Shown in pieces: positions 23,857-34,920 of a DNA stretch of 64,000 bases. The notes below the pieces were generated by a model, which worked only from the letters and a program-made list of their open reading frames with translations, was not told the origin of the DNA and made no database searches. Every line of letters begins with the position of its first letter. Positions within the stretch are counted from its first letter, which is position 1. Made by a program: the position numbers and the translations under genes. The DNA is from Longimicrobiales bacterium (GTDB lineage: Bacteria > Gemmatimonadota > Gemmatimonadetes > Longimicrobiales > Gaopeijiaceae): the NCBI GenBank assembly GCA_965203485.1, contig OZ241892.1, positions 2,368,001-2,432,000 on the forward strand, written 5' to 3'.

Positions 23857-24363
23857 TTACATCTCGGGAAAGTCGGCCGTCGGGCCGAACGTCTGCGGCA
23901 CCGCAACGCCCGCCAAGCGCAGGTAGACGCCCAGCTGGGCACGGTGGTGAATCATGTGGTCCAGGATGAACGTGCGCAGCACGACGCTCTTCGGCAGCGT
24001 GAAGCGCGGCTCGCCGCCGACCAGCATCGTCCACGGGCTGCGAAGGACTTCGTCCCCCGACTCCTCGATCAGCGCGCGCGCCTCGGCCGCATTCTCGTCG
24101 AGCGCCTTCGCGATGTCCGCTACGGACTCGAAGGCAGGTTGCGGCGGCGGGCCGCCGTCCTTCGGCGAGATGTCGAACTCCGACATGGCGAGCGTGGGCA
24201 TCGTCCATCCGGGAATGCCGGCGAGGTGCCCGGCCAGTTCCCTCATCGTCCAAGACTTCTCGTGGGGACGCCAGTCCAGCCGGTTGTCGGGGACGGCCTG
24301 CAAGACCGTCTTGGAGCCGGCCACGACTTGGTCGAGGGCCGCCAAGGCCTGTTGCGTCGTCAT
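23857..24363 (-). CDS. DinB family protein
   Basis: WRPHEKS...LAGHL...HMIHHRAQLGVYLRL. Confidence 0.9.
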   Translation of the reverse strand: MTTQQALAALDQVVAGSKTVLQAVPDNRLDWRPHEKSWTMRELAGHLAGIPGWTMPTLAMSEFDISPKDGGPPPQPAFESVADIAKALDENAAEARALIEESGDEVLRSPWTMLVGGEPRFTLPKSVVLRTFILDHMIHHRAQLGVYLRLAGVAVPQTFGPTADFPEM

Positions 24364-24568
24364 GCTTGGGGGATCTCCGTGGTCGATGTCTCAGATGGCG
24401 AATCGAAGCGGTCCGCCGGAGAGCGGGAAGGAACTCGGCGGCGGCGATGTCCGCGTGCCCGCGAACATGCAGAAAGCCGCCGTTCAAGAAACCGCGCCAC
24501 GGCGGCGCTTCCCTGGGCTCGCGGCCTTGCACGTCCTGCAACCGCCCCATTGCGGAACACGCTCGCCG

Positions 24569-24925
24569 CTACGGTTCGTTCGCCAGCATGGGGCCCAGCG
24601 GCCGGCCTCCCAGCAGGTGCAGATGGACGTGCTGCACCTCTTGGCCGCCGTGGTCGCGGCAGTTGACGATGAGTCTGTAGCCGCGTTCCGCCACGCCCTC
24701 TTCGGCGGCGATCCGGGACGCCACCAGGAGCATCCGGCCCAGCGCCGCTTCGTCCTCCGCCGTCACGTCGGCCATCGTGGGAATCTCCTTGTTGGGCACG
24801 ACCAGGACGTGCGTGGGCGCCTGCGCCCGAATGTCGCGAAACGCAGTGACGAGCTCGTCCTGGTACACCATGTCGGCGGGAATCTCGCGCCGCGCGATCC
24901 TGGAGAAGAGCGACCCGCCGGTCAT
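24569..24925 (-). CDS. Histidine triad (HIT) nucleotide-binding protein
   Basis: [25 protein letters not shown]. Confidence 0.95.
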   Translation of the reverse strand: MTGGSLFSRIARREIPADMVYQDELVTAFRDIRAQAPTHVLVVPNKEIPTMADVTAEDEAALGRMLLVASRIAAEEGVAERGYRLIVNCRDHGGQEVQHVHLHLLGGRPLGPMLANEP

Positions 24926-27900
24926 GGCCGGGACGGGTTGCCCGGCGCCGGCGGCCGTCGGTCGCCGGCTGGGACGGGCGTCTGCGCGGGGCCGGTGTCC
25001 TTCGGCGGCCTGGGCCGCGTCATCTTCAGCGTCTTCCCGCCGAAGAACTCGGAGCCGCTGCGCTCGACTTGGTGGGCGCCGGCGTGCAAGTAGTCAAGCA
25101 CGGCTTGGTCCCACGACAGCCCGGCCTTCGCAACCAGCTCGAGCCATTCGCCGTGGGCGGTCTCGTCGGGAGCCTCCGTGACGCCGCTCCAAATGGTCAC
25201 CTTGGGGTTGAGTCTCCTGCCCTCTCCGCCGGCCCGCGAACCCTTCAGCGGCATCTCGATCAGCACGCTGTCGGTCATCGGCAGGCGGAACACGTCCGGA
25301 TCGAAGGCGGCCCCGTAGCGGCGGTAGCGGGCGTAGTTGCGCTGGTTCATCTCGAAGACGTCGCGGTTCGAGTTGATCGCTGCCGTAATGTAGCCGCGCA
25401 ACCTGAACGCGGCGTCCTTGTGGCGCGGCAGCGACGGGTCGTCCACGTATCCGAAGCCGGGCATGAACCAGCCCTTGTTGAAGCCCCAGTTGCGCTCGGT
25501 CACGCGGCCGCGGCGCACCAAGCCGCTGTACTCCGAGAACAACTGCACGACCTGGTGGCTGGGGTAGCCGTGCGGGTTCAGGAAGACGTCGGGCAACCAG
25601 CTGCGCCAGAGCCGGCCGCGCACCCGCGCTTCGGGGTAGATGGGGAAGTCCTCGTCCGCGCCGGAAGTCGCGTCCACGCCGAGCGCGCCCAAGTAGCCCG
25701 CATGCAGGATGTAGTCGGGCGTGACGCGGTACAAGTCGTACGCGAGCTGCGCGCCGTCGGGATTGGTGAACGGGTGCACGACGACGTTCACCTTGTTCAG
25801 CTTGCGCCGCTGGGCGGAGTCGGCCAGGAGGAGCTCGGCGTGGCGAAGGACGTGGCTCGTGGACGACACCTCGTTCGCATGCTGGCGGGCGGAATAGAGG
25901 GCAGTGGGCTTGAAGGTCGTCGCCTTGGCCCGCGACCAGTGGCTCGCGGCGACGGGGGTCATCAGGTCCATCGCCCAGATCGCGCGGCCGAGGTAGCTCT
26001 CGCCGACCCTGTACATGGTTGCGTGCTCGAACGCCCGGCTCAGCTTCGCCATCATCTGGTGGCCCTCGTCGGGCGGTATCGGCTCGTCCCACTGAACGAC
26101 GCGGCCGCCGTCGTAGGTCCACCCGTCCGGCAGCAGGTCCGCCCACGAGGGATGCGCGGCGGGCGACCCGTTGGCTGGAAGCGTGGCGGCGGTGCGCGAT
26201 TCAGGGTCCTGCCGGTGCGTCCACTCGGCCCAGACGCCGACGTCGCCCACCTCGTCGTAGGCGAGGGCCCCGGTGTAGAGGCCGTGCTCGCGCAACTCGG
26301 CCAAGTTGGCGAGTACGGCCGCCACTTGCTCGGCCGAGATCATCCGCTCGTCCACTTGCTCGGGCGGCGCCAGCGCCAGATGGGACGCGCGCTCGTCGAG
26401 TTCGGTGTCCACGCGCACCCGGAAGTCGAGCCGGGAGAGCCGCGGCGACTCGGGCGCCACCACGGCGCGGCGAAGGCTGGGACGCTCCATGGCGATCTTG
26501 GGAACGTCGAGGCGCTCCCGCCCCGTGGTTCCGTCTCGCCTGGTGTAGCGGACGACGACGGCCGGACGGTTGGTGGCGAAGCCGGTGAACGCGATGCGCC
26601 CCTGCCCCGGCCCGCCGTGGCCGCGGGGCCGCATGACGGGCACGACGCGTCCCGGATAGGTCAGTTCTGGGCCGCGCGCGTTGCGTCCGATCAGCTGAAA
26701 GAACTCGATCGTGCCGAAGTAAATCTCCTCGTGGAGCGCGTCCATCGTGGATGCGATCTCGTTGTCCACGCCCAAACGGTAGTCGGGCTCGCTCATCTCG
26801 AGCTCCACCACGAGCGAGCCGAACAACGGCGCGTCCAGCCCGCCGCCTCGGGGGGCGCCGTCGTGGCGGTCCATGACGTAGTCGTAGACGGCGGGCAGCG
26901 TCCGTGCCTGGAAGCGGTCCCAGAACCACTCCGGGTCGGTGAGGATGCGCTCGTTCGCAAGGGTGTCGGGCTGCGCGGCAACCGAGGCGTGGGCGACGGC
27001 GCGGAACCAGCCCGTGGTGACGCGAACCTGCTCGTAGTCGCGGAAGCGATCGAAGTAGGGACGGAGAACCCAGACGGGATCGAAGGCGTCCTCGAGCAGC
27101 GGCGCCCCGGCGGGGCCGACGGCGCGGACCCGGTAGACCGCGTCGGCGGAGTCGGTCATCTCGAAGCGGATCTGCTCCGTCTCGATTCCCAGGTCGGCGG
27201 CGAGAAGTTCGTCCGCGGGAAAGAGTTCGTGGAGCCAGCGCACCGGCGTGTGGATGGCCTGCTGAGGCCATTCCGGGGGCGGGTCGTTGCGGAGGAATTC
27301 GACGACGATCTCCGCGACCGCGCTGCCGCGAAGGCGGGGGACGACGGACTCGCGCAACCACGAGAGTCCCTGCTTGAAGGCGGACAGCACGAGAACCTTC
27401 GATTCGGGGGACGCGCCCGCGGCCAGCAGGCGGCGCTCGGCCTCGTCCTCGATCTTCCGGCGGACGGCGGGCGGCTCCGACAGCCGCGCCTCGACCTCGA
27501 CGCGGGCGCCGGGCGACAGGCGTCCGAGCACACGCGCCTCGAACGCCGACCAGAAGCGGTCCACTTCGGACGGGACTTGGAAGGTGTCCTTGAAGATCGT
27601 GGCGGCCCGCTCCACGTCGCGGTTGTCGATTTCGACCGCGGCCTCGTCCGCGCCCAACGCGGCGGCGCGCCGGGCCACGACGTCGGCGAGGCCGGGATCG
27701 GGGTCGTCGAGCGAGACCAGCACGTCGGCCCGCACCAAGTCCTCGGCGGCCAGGTCGGCGGCGATGCGGTCCAGCTTGTAGAGGGCGGCGGCCGCCTGCC
27801 CCGCAGGCAACCGGCCGGACAGGAAGGCCCAAAGGTCGCGTTCAGCGTCGTCGAAGACCGGCAGGCCGTCGCCGCGCTCGGCCACGTGGGGGAAGACCTG

Positions 27901-29529
27901 CGCCAGCCGCCGGGCCGCCAAGGCCGCTCCCGCGCTGTCCGGGCCGGTCGCGACCAAGCTCGGCTTGCCGCCGAACGCCTCGGGCACGAGCTCCAGCAAG
28001 CCGTGGCCGGGCGGCACGTCCGCCAACGCGACCTTGCCGCTGTCGGCGAGCTCGGCCACCAGCGGATGGGCGGCGCCGACGAGGACGGTGGTCGGCCGGC
28101 GGGCAAGCGGTCCGAGTTCCGAACTGCGCAGGACGAGCGGCACCACCAAGCCGGCGGACTCCAGGCCGATGCGGGCCGCCAGGCCGACGATCTCCGCGCC
28201 TTCGGACGGCACGATCGCCACGTCGACGCGGTCGGGGATCTCGTTGTCGTCGGAGTCCCCGAGGAAACCGTCCGTGCTGTACGTGTTGGAGAGGTCCAGC
28301 GCCTTCTTCGCCGCCGTGCCGGGCCGCCCTGGGACGGGGCCGGGAGGCGTGGCCGCGAGGGTGGGCAGCACGATCTCGTCGTCCGCGTAGGACAGCGCAA
28401 TCGACGCCAGCCGCCGGAAGCGCAGGCTGGCGGAGTCGGGCTGGGAGTCCGGCGCGCGGCGACGGGCGGCCGCCAGTTCCCGGAGTTCGGCGTACCAAGC
28501 CTGGGTCGCGGCGGGGCCGGCGGCGCCCGGGCGGACAATGCCCCCGAGGCGGACGGCGCCGCCGGGTTCCGCCACGGCGCGGGTGAACACGATGGTCGGG
28601 CGAGCAGGCGCGGCGCCGAGGGGAGCGGTCGTGGAGGCGGGGGAGCCGCGCGCGCCGAGCTCGGGGGCGGGCGGCGACGTGGGGAACATGGCCGAGCGGT
28701 GCGTGCCGGGCTCGGGAACGGCGGCGGACCCAGCGGATGCCGTGGGCGGATTGCGGCTGGGCGCTGCGGATTCTGCCGTGTCGCGCGCGGCCGGACCGAG
28801 CGTGTCGGACGCCGCGCCGGCCGTCAGCTCGAGACCGATCTCGGCCAGCGATGGGCCCGAGAGGCTGCCGACGTGCGGAAGCTGGCCAGCCACGAGGCGC
28901 GCGGCCCGCAGAAGGCCGTCCTCGTCCGCGCCGAAGACGGCGACCCAGCGGCGCGCCGGACTGCCCGTCTCCGCCACCGCCACCGCGCCCTCTCCTTGGA
29001 CCAGCGGCTCCACGCCGAAGTCCTCGGGCGACAGCCCGGCCTCGGCGAGCGCGGGCCGACCAACCAGCACCGCCACTCGGCCGGGCGACGCGACCCGCGG
29101 CAGCGGCAAGTCCAGGGCAGTGGTCTCGAAGCCCAGGCGGGCGGCAATCTCGGCGGCGGCGGCGCGCGCGGCGAGCGTCGGCGCGCGGCCCGCGACGATC
29201 GCCGCTCCGAGCCGGTCCGGCACGCCGTCTTCGTTCTCGTCGCGGAGCAGCGAACGGCCGGCGGCGGCGCGCGCGCCGACCTCGAACAGGTCCGCCAAGC
29301 CGAACGGCTCGGGCTCCTGCCGGCGAACGGTCCGAGTCGCCGAACGGCGCTTCGACGAGTTCGCCGACCGTCTCTCCGCGTCTCCCCGGCCGTCCTCGGG
29401 CGGCGGCGGCGCGAGGACGACACCGGCCCCGCCGGAGTCGCCCGCTCCGACCGGAACCACCGTGGACGCGCCGGCTCCAACGGTTGCCGCCAAGGCAAGC
29501 GCGGCCCCCGCCTTCCGTCCGCGCGTCAC
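24922..29529 (-). CDS. Large secreted multidomain protein with C-terminal M14 zinc carboxypeptidase domain
   Basis: ARQHANE, NPDG, NPHGYP motifs; signal peptide; two DxxxDxxPD motifs; GTG start overlaps upstream stop. Confidence 0.85.
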   Translation of the reverse strand: MTRGRKAGAALALAATVGAGASTVVPVGAGDSGGAGVVLAPPPPEDGRGDAERRSANSSKRRSATRTVRRQEPEPFGLADLFEVGARAAAGRSLLRDENEDGVPDRLGAAIVAGRAPTLAARAAAAEIAARLGFETTALDLPLPRVASPGRVAVLVGRPALAEAGLSPEDFGVEPLVQGEGAVAVAETGSPARRWVAVFGADEDGLLRAARLVAGQLPHVGSLSGPSLAEIGLELTAGAASDTLGPAARDTAESAAPSRNPPTASAGSAAVPEPGTHRSAMFPTSPPAPELGARGSPASTTAPLGAAPARPTIVFTRAVAEPGGAVRLGGIVRPGAAGPAATQAWYAELRELAAARRRAPDSQPDSASLRFRRLASIALSYADDEIVLPTLAATPPGPVPGRPGTAAKKALDLSNTYSTDGFLGDSDDNEIPDRVDVAIVPSEGAEIVGLAARIGLESAGLVVPLVLRSSELGPLARRPTTVLVGAAHPLVAELADSGKVALADVPPGHGLLELVPEAFGGKPSLVATGPDSAGAALAARRLAQVFPHVAERGDGLPVFDDAERDLWAFLSGRLPAGQAAAALYKLDRIAADLAAEDLVRADVLVSLDDPDPGLADVVARRAAALGADEAAVEIDNRDVERAATIFKDTFQVPSEVDRFWSAFEARVLGRLSPGARVEVEARLSEPPAVRRKIEDEAERRLLAAGASPESKVLVLSAFKQGLSWLRESVVPRLRGSAVAEIVVEFLRNDPPPEWPQQAIHTPVRWLHELFPADELLAADLGIETEQIRFEMTDSADAVYRVRAVGPAGAPLLEDAFDPVWVLRPYFDRFRDYEQVRVTTGWFRAVAHASVAAQPDTLANERILTDPEWFWDRFQARTLPAVYDYVMDRHDGAPRGGGLDAPLFGSLVVELEMSEPDYRLGVDNEIASTMDALHEEIYFGTIEFFQLIGRNARGPELTYPGRVVPVMRPRGHGGPGQGRIAFTGFATNRPAVVVRYTRRDGTTGRERLDVPKIAMERPSLRRAVVAPESPRLSRLDFRVRVDTELDERASHLALAPPEQVDERMISAEQVAAVLANLAELREHGLYTGALAYDEVGDVGVWAEWTHRQDPESRTAATLPANGSPAAHPSWADLLPDGWTYDGGRVVQWDEPIPPDEGHQMMAKLSRAFEHATMYRVGESYLGRAIWAMDLMTPVAASHWSRAKATTFKPTALYSARQHANEVSSTSHVLRHAELLLADSAQRRKLNKVNVVVHPFTNPDGAQLAYDLYRVTPDYILHAGYLGALGVDATSGADEDFPIYPEARVRGRLWRSWLPDVFLNPHGYPSHQVVQLFSEYSGLVRRGRVTERNWGFNKGWFMPGFGYVDDPSLPRHKDAAFRLRGYITAAINSNRDVFEMNQRNYARYRRYGAAFDPDVFRLPMTDSVLIEMPLKGSRAGGEGRRLNPKVTIWSGVTEAPDETAHGEWLELVAKAGLSWDQAVLDYLHAGAHQVERSGSEFFGGKTLKMTRPRPPKDTGPAQTPVPAGDRRPPAPGNPSRP

Positions 29530-32237
29530 CGTCGCTCCAGGCGCGCTTCGGCGATCACCGCCCCTTCCTGCATGCGGTCCACCACGTCCATGCCTTCGAC
29601 CACCTCGCCCAGGATCGTGTAGTTGAAGTCCAGCCGGACGTTGTCGACCAAGTTGACGAATATCTGAGCGTCCCCCGTGTCGCGGCCCCGCGTGGACAGG
29701 CCGACCGTGCCTCGCCAATGCGGCTGCCCGGAGATCTCGTCGCGGCTGTACGGGCCGTCGCCCGCGTACTCGTTTGCGTGGGGACTTCCGCCTTGGACGA
29801 CGAAGTTGGGCACCACGCGGTGGAAGGTGAGGCCGTCGAAGTAGCCGGACCGGGCGAGGCGGGCGAAGCGGTCGGCGTTGGTCGCGGCCAAGTCCGGACG
29901 CAGTGCGATCACGACGTCGCCGAGCCCCTCCATGCGCAACCGGACCGACGAGCGCGCGAGTTCCCGCAACCGTTCGGCGCTGGGCGGTGGGGCGAGCGGG
30001 AAAGGCGCGGGCGCGGGCGCCGGCCGGACTTCGCCCAGCTCGGCGATCAGGTCCGCGGCCCTCCGGGCAACGACGGAGTCGAAGTCCGCGAGGTAGGGAT
30101 CGACGTCGGCGGCGGCGTATCCTCCCAGTCGCTCGACGCCTCCGAGCAACGCCGTCCGCGCGTCCCTCAGGGTCTCGCGCTCGAGAGCCGTGAAGCGCGC
30201 CAGCGCGGCAAGGAGCTCCGAGAGAAGCGACTCCGCGGAGGGGGGCGGCTGGACGGCAGGGGAAGATTCGGCGGCGATGCCGGAGCCGGGCGGCGCGGCG
30301 CGGGGGACGTCGCCGGCCGGCGAGTTGCCGGGCGGGGAAGCGCCGGAGTCCGGCGGCGAAGCGGTGGACCGCAAGCCGGCGGCGGGCGGGGCGTCCAAGG
30401 CGCCGTGCTCCGCCAGAAGGGCCACGGCGGTCATGACCAGCTGGGCGTCGTCGGCTTGGAGTTGCCGGGCGTAGACGTCCAGCGCGCGGGCGCCCGAGAC
30501 GGCTCCGAGCCCGCGCGCGGCGGCCTCCCGCACGTTGGGGTCGGCGTCGGCGGACAGAGCGAGCAACGTCTCGGCGTCCCCGGCCCGGGCGGCGGCGCGG
30601 GCGACCCAGGCGCGGGCGAACGGCGACGGGTGGCTGCGGTTGGCGGCGATCGCAGGCGCGGCCGCGCCAGGGGCCACGGCCGCCAGCGACGCCAGGGCGC
30701 GGGCGGGCAACTGCCAGCCGTCGCGCTCCGGGTCGCGCGGCCCACCGCCGGGGCGCCGGCGGTCCAGCCGGGCGGCCAGCGCCGCGAGCGCTTCCGTCTG
30801 GGCGGCCGGCTCCGGGCAGGGAGCGGCGGCCAGATCGACCGCGACGGCCGCCACGCGCGGATCAGCGTCGGCCAAGCCTTCGAAAATCGCGGCGCACCCA
30901 GCGGCGGGCCGCACCCAGCGGTCGTGGGCGCGCAGGGCTTCCACCCGCACCCTCGGATCGGCATCGGCCAGCGCCGCCGTCACGACTTCGCGTCCCCCGA
31001 GCCCGCTGGCCGCCGCCGCCAGCGCGACGGCCCGGCGCACGCCCCAGTCCTCGTCGCCAAGCGCCGTCAGGGCGCCTCCGTCCGCAAACGCGCCGATCAC
31101 GTCCGCATGCCGTCGCCGGTCCGCCTCGTCGGCCTCGCGATTCGGGAGCTCGTCCACGGCGCGACCCAGCGTCGGCGCCGACCCGCCGCCGCGACCGGCC
31201 CATGCCTTCGCGTCCGCGCCCGCCCAGCGCTCGGCCTCGCGGGCCACGACCGTCGTTGCCAAGCGCCTGACCCGGGCGGCCGTTCGGGCGTCCCCGGCAA
31301 CGCGCAGGCCACGCAACCCGTCCACGGCCTCGAGGAGCGGCGCCTCCAACGGATGCTCGGGCGCCGTCCGCGTCAGCGCCTCGGCTCCGCGCGCCAGCCC
31401 GAGCCGCGCGGCGAGTCCAACGTCGTTCTCCACAGCCGAGAGCAGGGCAGCGATGCCCGCCAGCGCGTGTTCCGCGAAGAGCCGGATGCGGTCGGCGCTC
31501 GTGCGGACTACCGCCAGGTGACCGATTCGATCCGCATCTTCCGGGACGAACGCCGCCGCCCACGCAGAAGGTGCGAAGTCCCCGCCTGCGGTGGCCGCCA
31601 GCGCCTCCGCCACGACCGCCCGTTCCGTCTCCGCGACCGCGCGCAACCGACCCAGGTTTGCGGCGATGGCGCCCAGCACGTGGGGAGCGTCCTCCCGCCC
31701 GGCTCGCGCCGCCAGCGCGTCCGCCGCGGTGGCCCGATCGCGCAGGATGGCGGCGACGCCGCGCAGCACGTGCAGATCGTCCTCCCGCTCGGCTCGCGCC
31801 GTCGGAGCCCCCCTGCGAAAGACCGCCTGCGCCACGGCCGTGGCCGCCTCCTCCCGCACCCAGTCGTCCGGGTCCTCCAGCATCGGCACGATGCGGTCGA
31901 GCAACGCGGGGTCTTCCAGCCGGCCCAGCGCGCGCACGGCGAAGCGGCGCACGTCCGGGTCCTCGCTCTCGAGGTGCACGAGCACGCGTTCGAGTCCCCT
32001 GGCCCCTCGGGCGTCCTCCTCGAACACGATCTCCGCGTACGGGCCCCACTGCTCCGGCGGCGGCGGCTCGCACGCCGAAGCGCCGAGGAGCGCGGCGACC
32101 ACGGCGGCGCCGTTCCGAGAGCGGCGTCGAAGGTTAGCGCTTGCAGCCTCGGAGCGTCCCCCGCGTCTGGCCGCGGCGAAGACCGCTCGTCGCCGGCCGC
32201 CCGTCGCTGGCCGCGGCGCGGTCCCGCCGTTGCTCAC
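29526..32237 (-). CDS. HEAT-repeat lipoprotein with C-terminal cyclophilin-type PPIase domain
   Basis: Lipobox GASAC; DPDVRRFAVRALGRL-type repeats; FHRVVPNFVVQGG; start approximate. Confidence 0.88.
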   Translation of the reverse strand: MSNGGTAPRPATGGRRRAVFAAARRGGRSEAASANLRRRSRNGAAVVAALLGASACEPPPPEQWGPYAEIVFEEDARGARGLERVLVHLESEDPDVRRFAVRALGRLEDPALLDRIVPMLEDPDDWVREEAATAVAQAVFRRGAPTARAEREDDLHVLRGVAAILRDRATAADALAARAGREDAPHVLGAIAANLGRLRAVAETERAVVAEALAATAGGDFAPSAWAAAFVPEDADRIGHLAVVRTSADRIRLFAEHALAGIAALLSAVENDVGLAARLGLARGAEALTRTAPEHPLEAPLLEAVDGLRGLRVAGDARTAARVRRLATTVVAREAERWAGADAKAWAGRGGGSAPTLGRAVDELPNREADEADRRRHADVIGAFADGGALTALGDEDWGVRRAVALAAAASGLGGREVVTAALADADPRVRVEALRAHDRWVRPAAGCAAIFEGLADADPRVAAVAVDLAAAPCPEPAAQTEALAALAARLDRRRPGGGPRDPERDGWQLPARALASLAAVAPGAAAPAIAANRSHPSPFARAWVARAAARAGDAETLLALSADADPNVREAAARGLGAVSGARALDVYARQLQADDAQLVMTAVALLAEHGALDAPPAAGLRSTASPPDSGASPPGNSPAGDVPRAAPPGSGIAAESSPAVQPPPSAESLLSELLAALARFTALERETLRDARTALLGGVERLGGYAAADVDPYLADFDSVVARRAADLIAELGEVRPAPAPAPFPLAPPPSAERLRELARSSVRLRMEGLGDVVIALRPDLAATNADRFARLARSGYFDGLTFHRVVPNFVVQGGSPHANEYAGDGPYSRDEISGQPHWRGTVGLSTRGRDTGDAQIFVNLVDNVRLDFNYTILGEVVEGMDVVDRMQEGAVIAEARLERR

Positions 32238-32587
32238 GGGCCCTCGGGGATCCATCCGAAGAGTTCCCACGAGGCTTCCCCCCGTTCGTCGAATTCGACG
32301 CCCTCGCGCTCCAGGACGTCGCGCTGGCGAAGCGCGGTCCCGTCGACCCGCGACGTGGAGATCGCGCCTCGTCTGTTCACGACGCGCCACCAGGGCACGT
32401 TGGTGGCCACGGGCAAGCGGCTGAGCGCGTACCCGACTCCCCTAGCCGCTCGCGGCTTGCCGAGCATGGCCGCGATTCCCCCGTAGCTGGCGATGCGGCC
32501 CGCTGGGATGCGGCGAACGCTCGCGTACACGCGTTCGGCGAAGGTCACGGTCGATCCGGGAACACGGGAAACGATGGCGGGGTACAT
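32234..32587 (-). CDS. Alkyltransferase-like (ATL/MGMT family) protein
   Basis: IPAGRIASYGGIA, ARGVG, PWWRVV (Trp replaces the catalytic Cys); start 32587 or 32548. Confidence 0.88.
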   Translation of the reverse strand: MYPAIVSRVPGSTVTFAERVYASVRRIPAGRIASYGGIAAMLGKPRAARGVGYALSRLPVATNVPWWRVVNRRGAISTSRVDGTALRQRDVLEREGVEFDERGEASWELFGWIPEGP

Positions 32588-32673
32588 TCTAGCAGACGGG
32601 CATCCATCCGAACGAGCGAGAAGGCGCCCGCCCGGACTTGCGCCGAACAGCAAAGCCAGCAGGAGACGAACCA

Positions 32674-34920
32674 ATGATCAGAGCCGTGGCCGGCGGGTTC
32701 GCCGCATTCATTCTCGCGACCGGTTGCGGGCCGGGCAAGATGACCCGCACCGACGTGACGGGGACGCCGGCGCCGCCCGCCGCCGAACCCGCGCCGCAAC
32801 CGGAGCAGCCGTCCGAGCCGGAGACTGCCGCGCCTCCGGGCGAAGCAACGGAAGCATCAGGAACCGGGGAGACTGCGGAAGGCGAACAGGCTCCGCCGGG
32901 CCCCGGCGCCGCAGGCGGCGAAGCCGCGGCCGCGCCCCAACCGCCCGCTCAGGAGTATCCGGCCGCCGTGCGCATCGGCGCGGGGGTCGCGGAGGTGCGC
33001 ACCGACCCAGCCGACGTGCGCATCCAGGTGGGCGACTCCATGGCCATCGGGGACAGCCTGCGCATGGTGGCCTACGACGAGCGCGGCCAGCGGGTGCCCG
33101 GCGTGAGGATCCTGCCGAAGATCGATTCCCGCTTCGCGGCCCTGGAGAACGGATACCTGAAGGGCTTGGCCGAGGGCGACGCCGAGCTGCTCATGGCCGT
33201 TCGCGTGCCTCCCCGGAGCGGCACCGGCCCGCCCGAGATCAGAAGCTTCTCGGCGCCCGTGACCGTGGTCGGCCTGCCCGTCGAGACCGTCGAGCTGTCG
33301 GCGCCGGACGGACGCGTCTTCGTCGGCTCGGTCGTGCGGCTCGAAGCCGTCGCGCGCACCGCCGACGGCGCCGTCCGGCGACGCGTGGAGCTCGAGTGGT
33401 CCAGCAACCGGCGGCGGCTGGCCACAGTGGACCCGTACGGCTTTGTGACGGCCGTTCGCCCCGGCGAAGTCGTCGTCACGGCCCGTGCCGAAGGCGTCGC
33501 TCGGTCCGTGACGCTGGCCGTCGAGGAAAGCCCGGTCGCGTCCGTGCAGGTGGCCGTCCCCGCGCGGACGCGGACCGGGGACGTGATTCGCGCGTCCGCG
33601 GCGATCCAGGACGCAAGCGGCGCAGCGGTCGAGGGCGCCCCGGTCCAGTTCTCCGTCGCGGCCATCGACGCGCGCGCCGGTGGTCCGGGCGCGACGGTCT
33701 ACCCCGACGGCGCGTTCGTGGCCGAGAGGCCGGGGATATACCGCGTCTCCGCGACGGCGGGAAGCATTGCGGGACACGCCCTCGTCGAGGTTTCGGAACG
33801 CGGCGGCGAGCACGAAGCCGTGACGGTGGGACGCGGACTCGTGGCCGACCGGCCCACGTCGGACCTGTGGGCGTTCACCGGAGCCGACGGACGCGACTAC
33901 GTGTACACCGGCACGCACTCGGGGGGCCAGAGGATGCTTGCCTGGGACGTCACCAACCCCGCGAACCCGGTGCTCACCGACTTCGTGGAAGTGGACGCCC
34001 GCGTCGTCAACGACGTGAAGGTCAACGCCTCCGGCACGGTCGCCGCCATCACGCGCGAGGGCGCGTCGGACCGCAAGAACGGGATCGTGTTCCTCGACTT
34101 GGCCGATCCGGCCCACCCCGTCGTCGCCGGCCACTACACGAAAGACCTGACGGGCGGCGTCCACAACGTCTTCTTCAACGGCGACGTGCTGTACGCAGTC
34201 CACGACGGCACGCTGGACGTTCACGTGCTCGACGTGTCCGACCCCAAGGACGCCAAGGAAATCGGGCGCTGGGGCATCGATGCGCCGGGCAAGTATCTGC
34301 ACGACGTCTGGGTGGCCGACGGACTCGCCTACGTGTCCTACTGGGACCACGGCGTATACGTCCTCGACGTGGGAGACGGACGCTGGGGGGGCTCGCCGCA
34401 GGCGCCGGTCGAGGTCGGCAATTTCGCCTACGCGGAAGGCGCCACGCACGTCGCCTTCCCCTACACCAATGCGGCCGGACACCGCTACTTGTTCGTAGGC
34501 GACGAAATATTCGGATGCGAAGACTGCGTGTCGCGCAACGGCCATCCCGGCGACGGATCGCGCGGCTTCGTGCACGTCCTCGACATGGAGGACCCCGAGC
34601 GCCCGCGCGAAGTGGCGCGCTACGAAGTGCCCGAGGCCGGCGCGCACAACCTGTGGGTCGAGGACGACAAGATGTACGTCGCGTACTACCAAGCCGGGTT
34701 GCGCGTCGTGGACGTATCGGGAGAGCTGCGGGGCGACTTGTACAGGCAGGGCCGGGAGATCGCGTGGCTGCCGACCGGATCGCCCGACGGCTTCGTGCCC
34801 AACTCGCCGATGGCGTGGGGGCCCCAGCCGTTCAAGGGCCACGTGTTCGTGTCCGACCTCAACTCCGGTCTCTGGGTCGTGCGCGTGACGCCCAAGGACG
34901 AGAAGGCGAAGGTCTCGTGA
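32674..34920 (+). CDS. Lipoprotein with Ig-like domains and LVIVD-repeat beta-propeller
   Basis: Lipobox LATGC; WSSNRRRLATVD (Big_2-like); repeated DVTNPANP/DLADPAHP/DVSDPKD motifs. Confidence 0.85.
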   Translation: MIRAVAGGFAAFILATGCGPGKMTRTDVTGTPAPPAAEPAPQPEQPSEPETAAPPGEATEASGTGETAEGEQAPPGPGAAGGEAAAAPQPPAQEYPAAVRIGAGVAEVRTDPADVRIQVGDSMAIGDSLRMVAYDERGQRVPGVRILPKIDSRFAALENGYLKGLAEGDAELLMAVRVPPRSGTGPPEIRSFSAPVTVVGLPVETVELSAPDGRVFVGSVVRLEAVARTADGAVRRRVELEWSSNRRRLATVDPYGFVTAVRPGEVVVTARAEGVARSVTLAVEESPVASVQVAVPARTRTGDVIRASAAIQDASGAAVEGAPVQFSVAAIDARAGGPGATVYPDGAFVAERPGIYRVSATAGSIAGHALVEVSERGGEHEAVTVGRGLVADRPTSDLWAFTGADGRDYVYTGTHSGGQRMLAWDVTNPANPVLTDFVEVDARVVNDVKVNASGTVAAITREGASDRKNGIVFLDLADPAHPVVAGHYTKDLTGGVHNVFFNGDVLYAVHDGTLDVHVLDVSDPKDAKEIGRWGIDAPGKYLHDVWVADGLAYVSYWDHGVYVLDVGDGRWGGSPQAPVEVGNFAYAEGATHVAFPYTNAAGHRYLFVGDEIFGCEDCVSRNGHPGDGSRGFVHVLDMEDPERPREVARYEVPEAGAHNLWVEDDKMYVAYYQAGLRVVDVSGELRGDLYRQGREIAWLPTGSPDGFVPNSPMAWGPQPFKGHVFVSDLNSGLWVVRVTPKDEKAKVS

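Noticed and set aside
32234..32587. MGMT-like protein without catalytic Cys as a pseudogene
   Set aside because: PWxRV is the normal signature of alkyltransferase-like proteins
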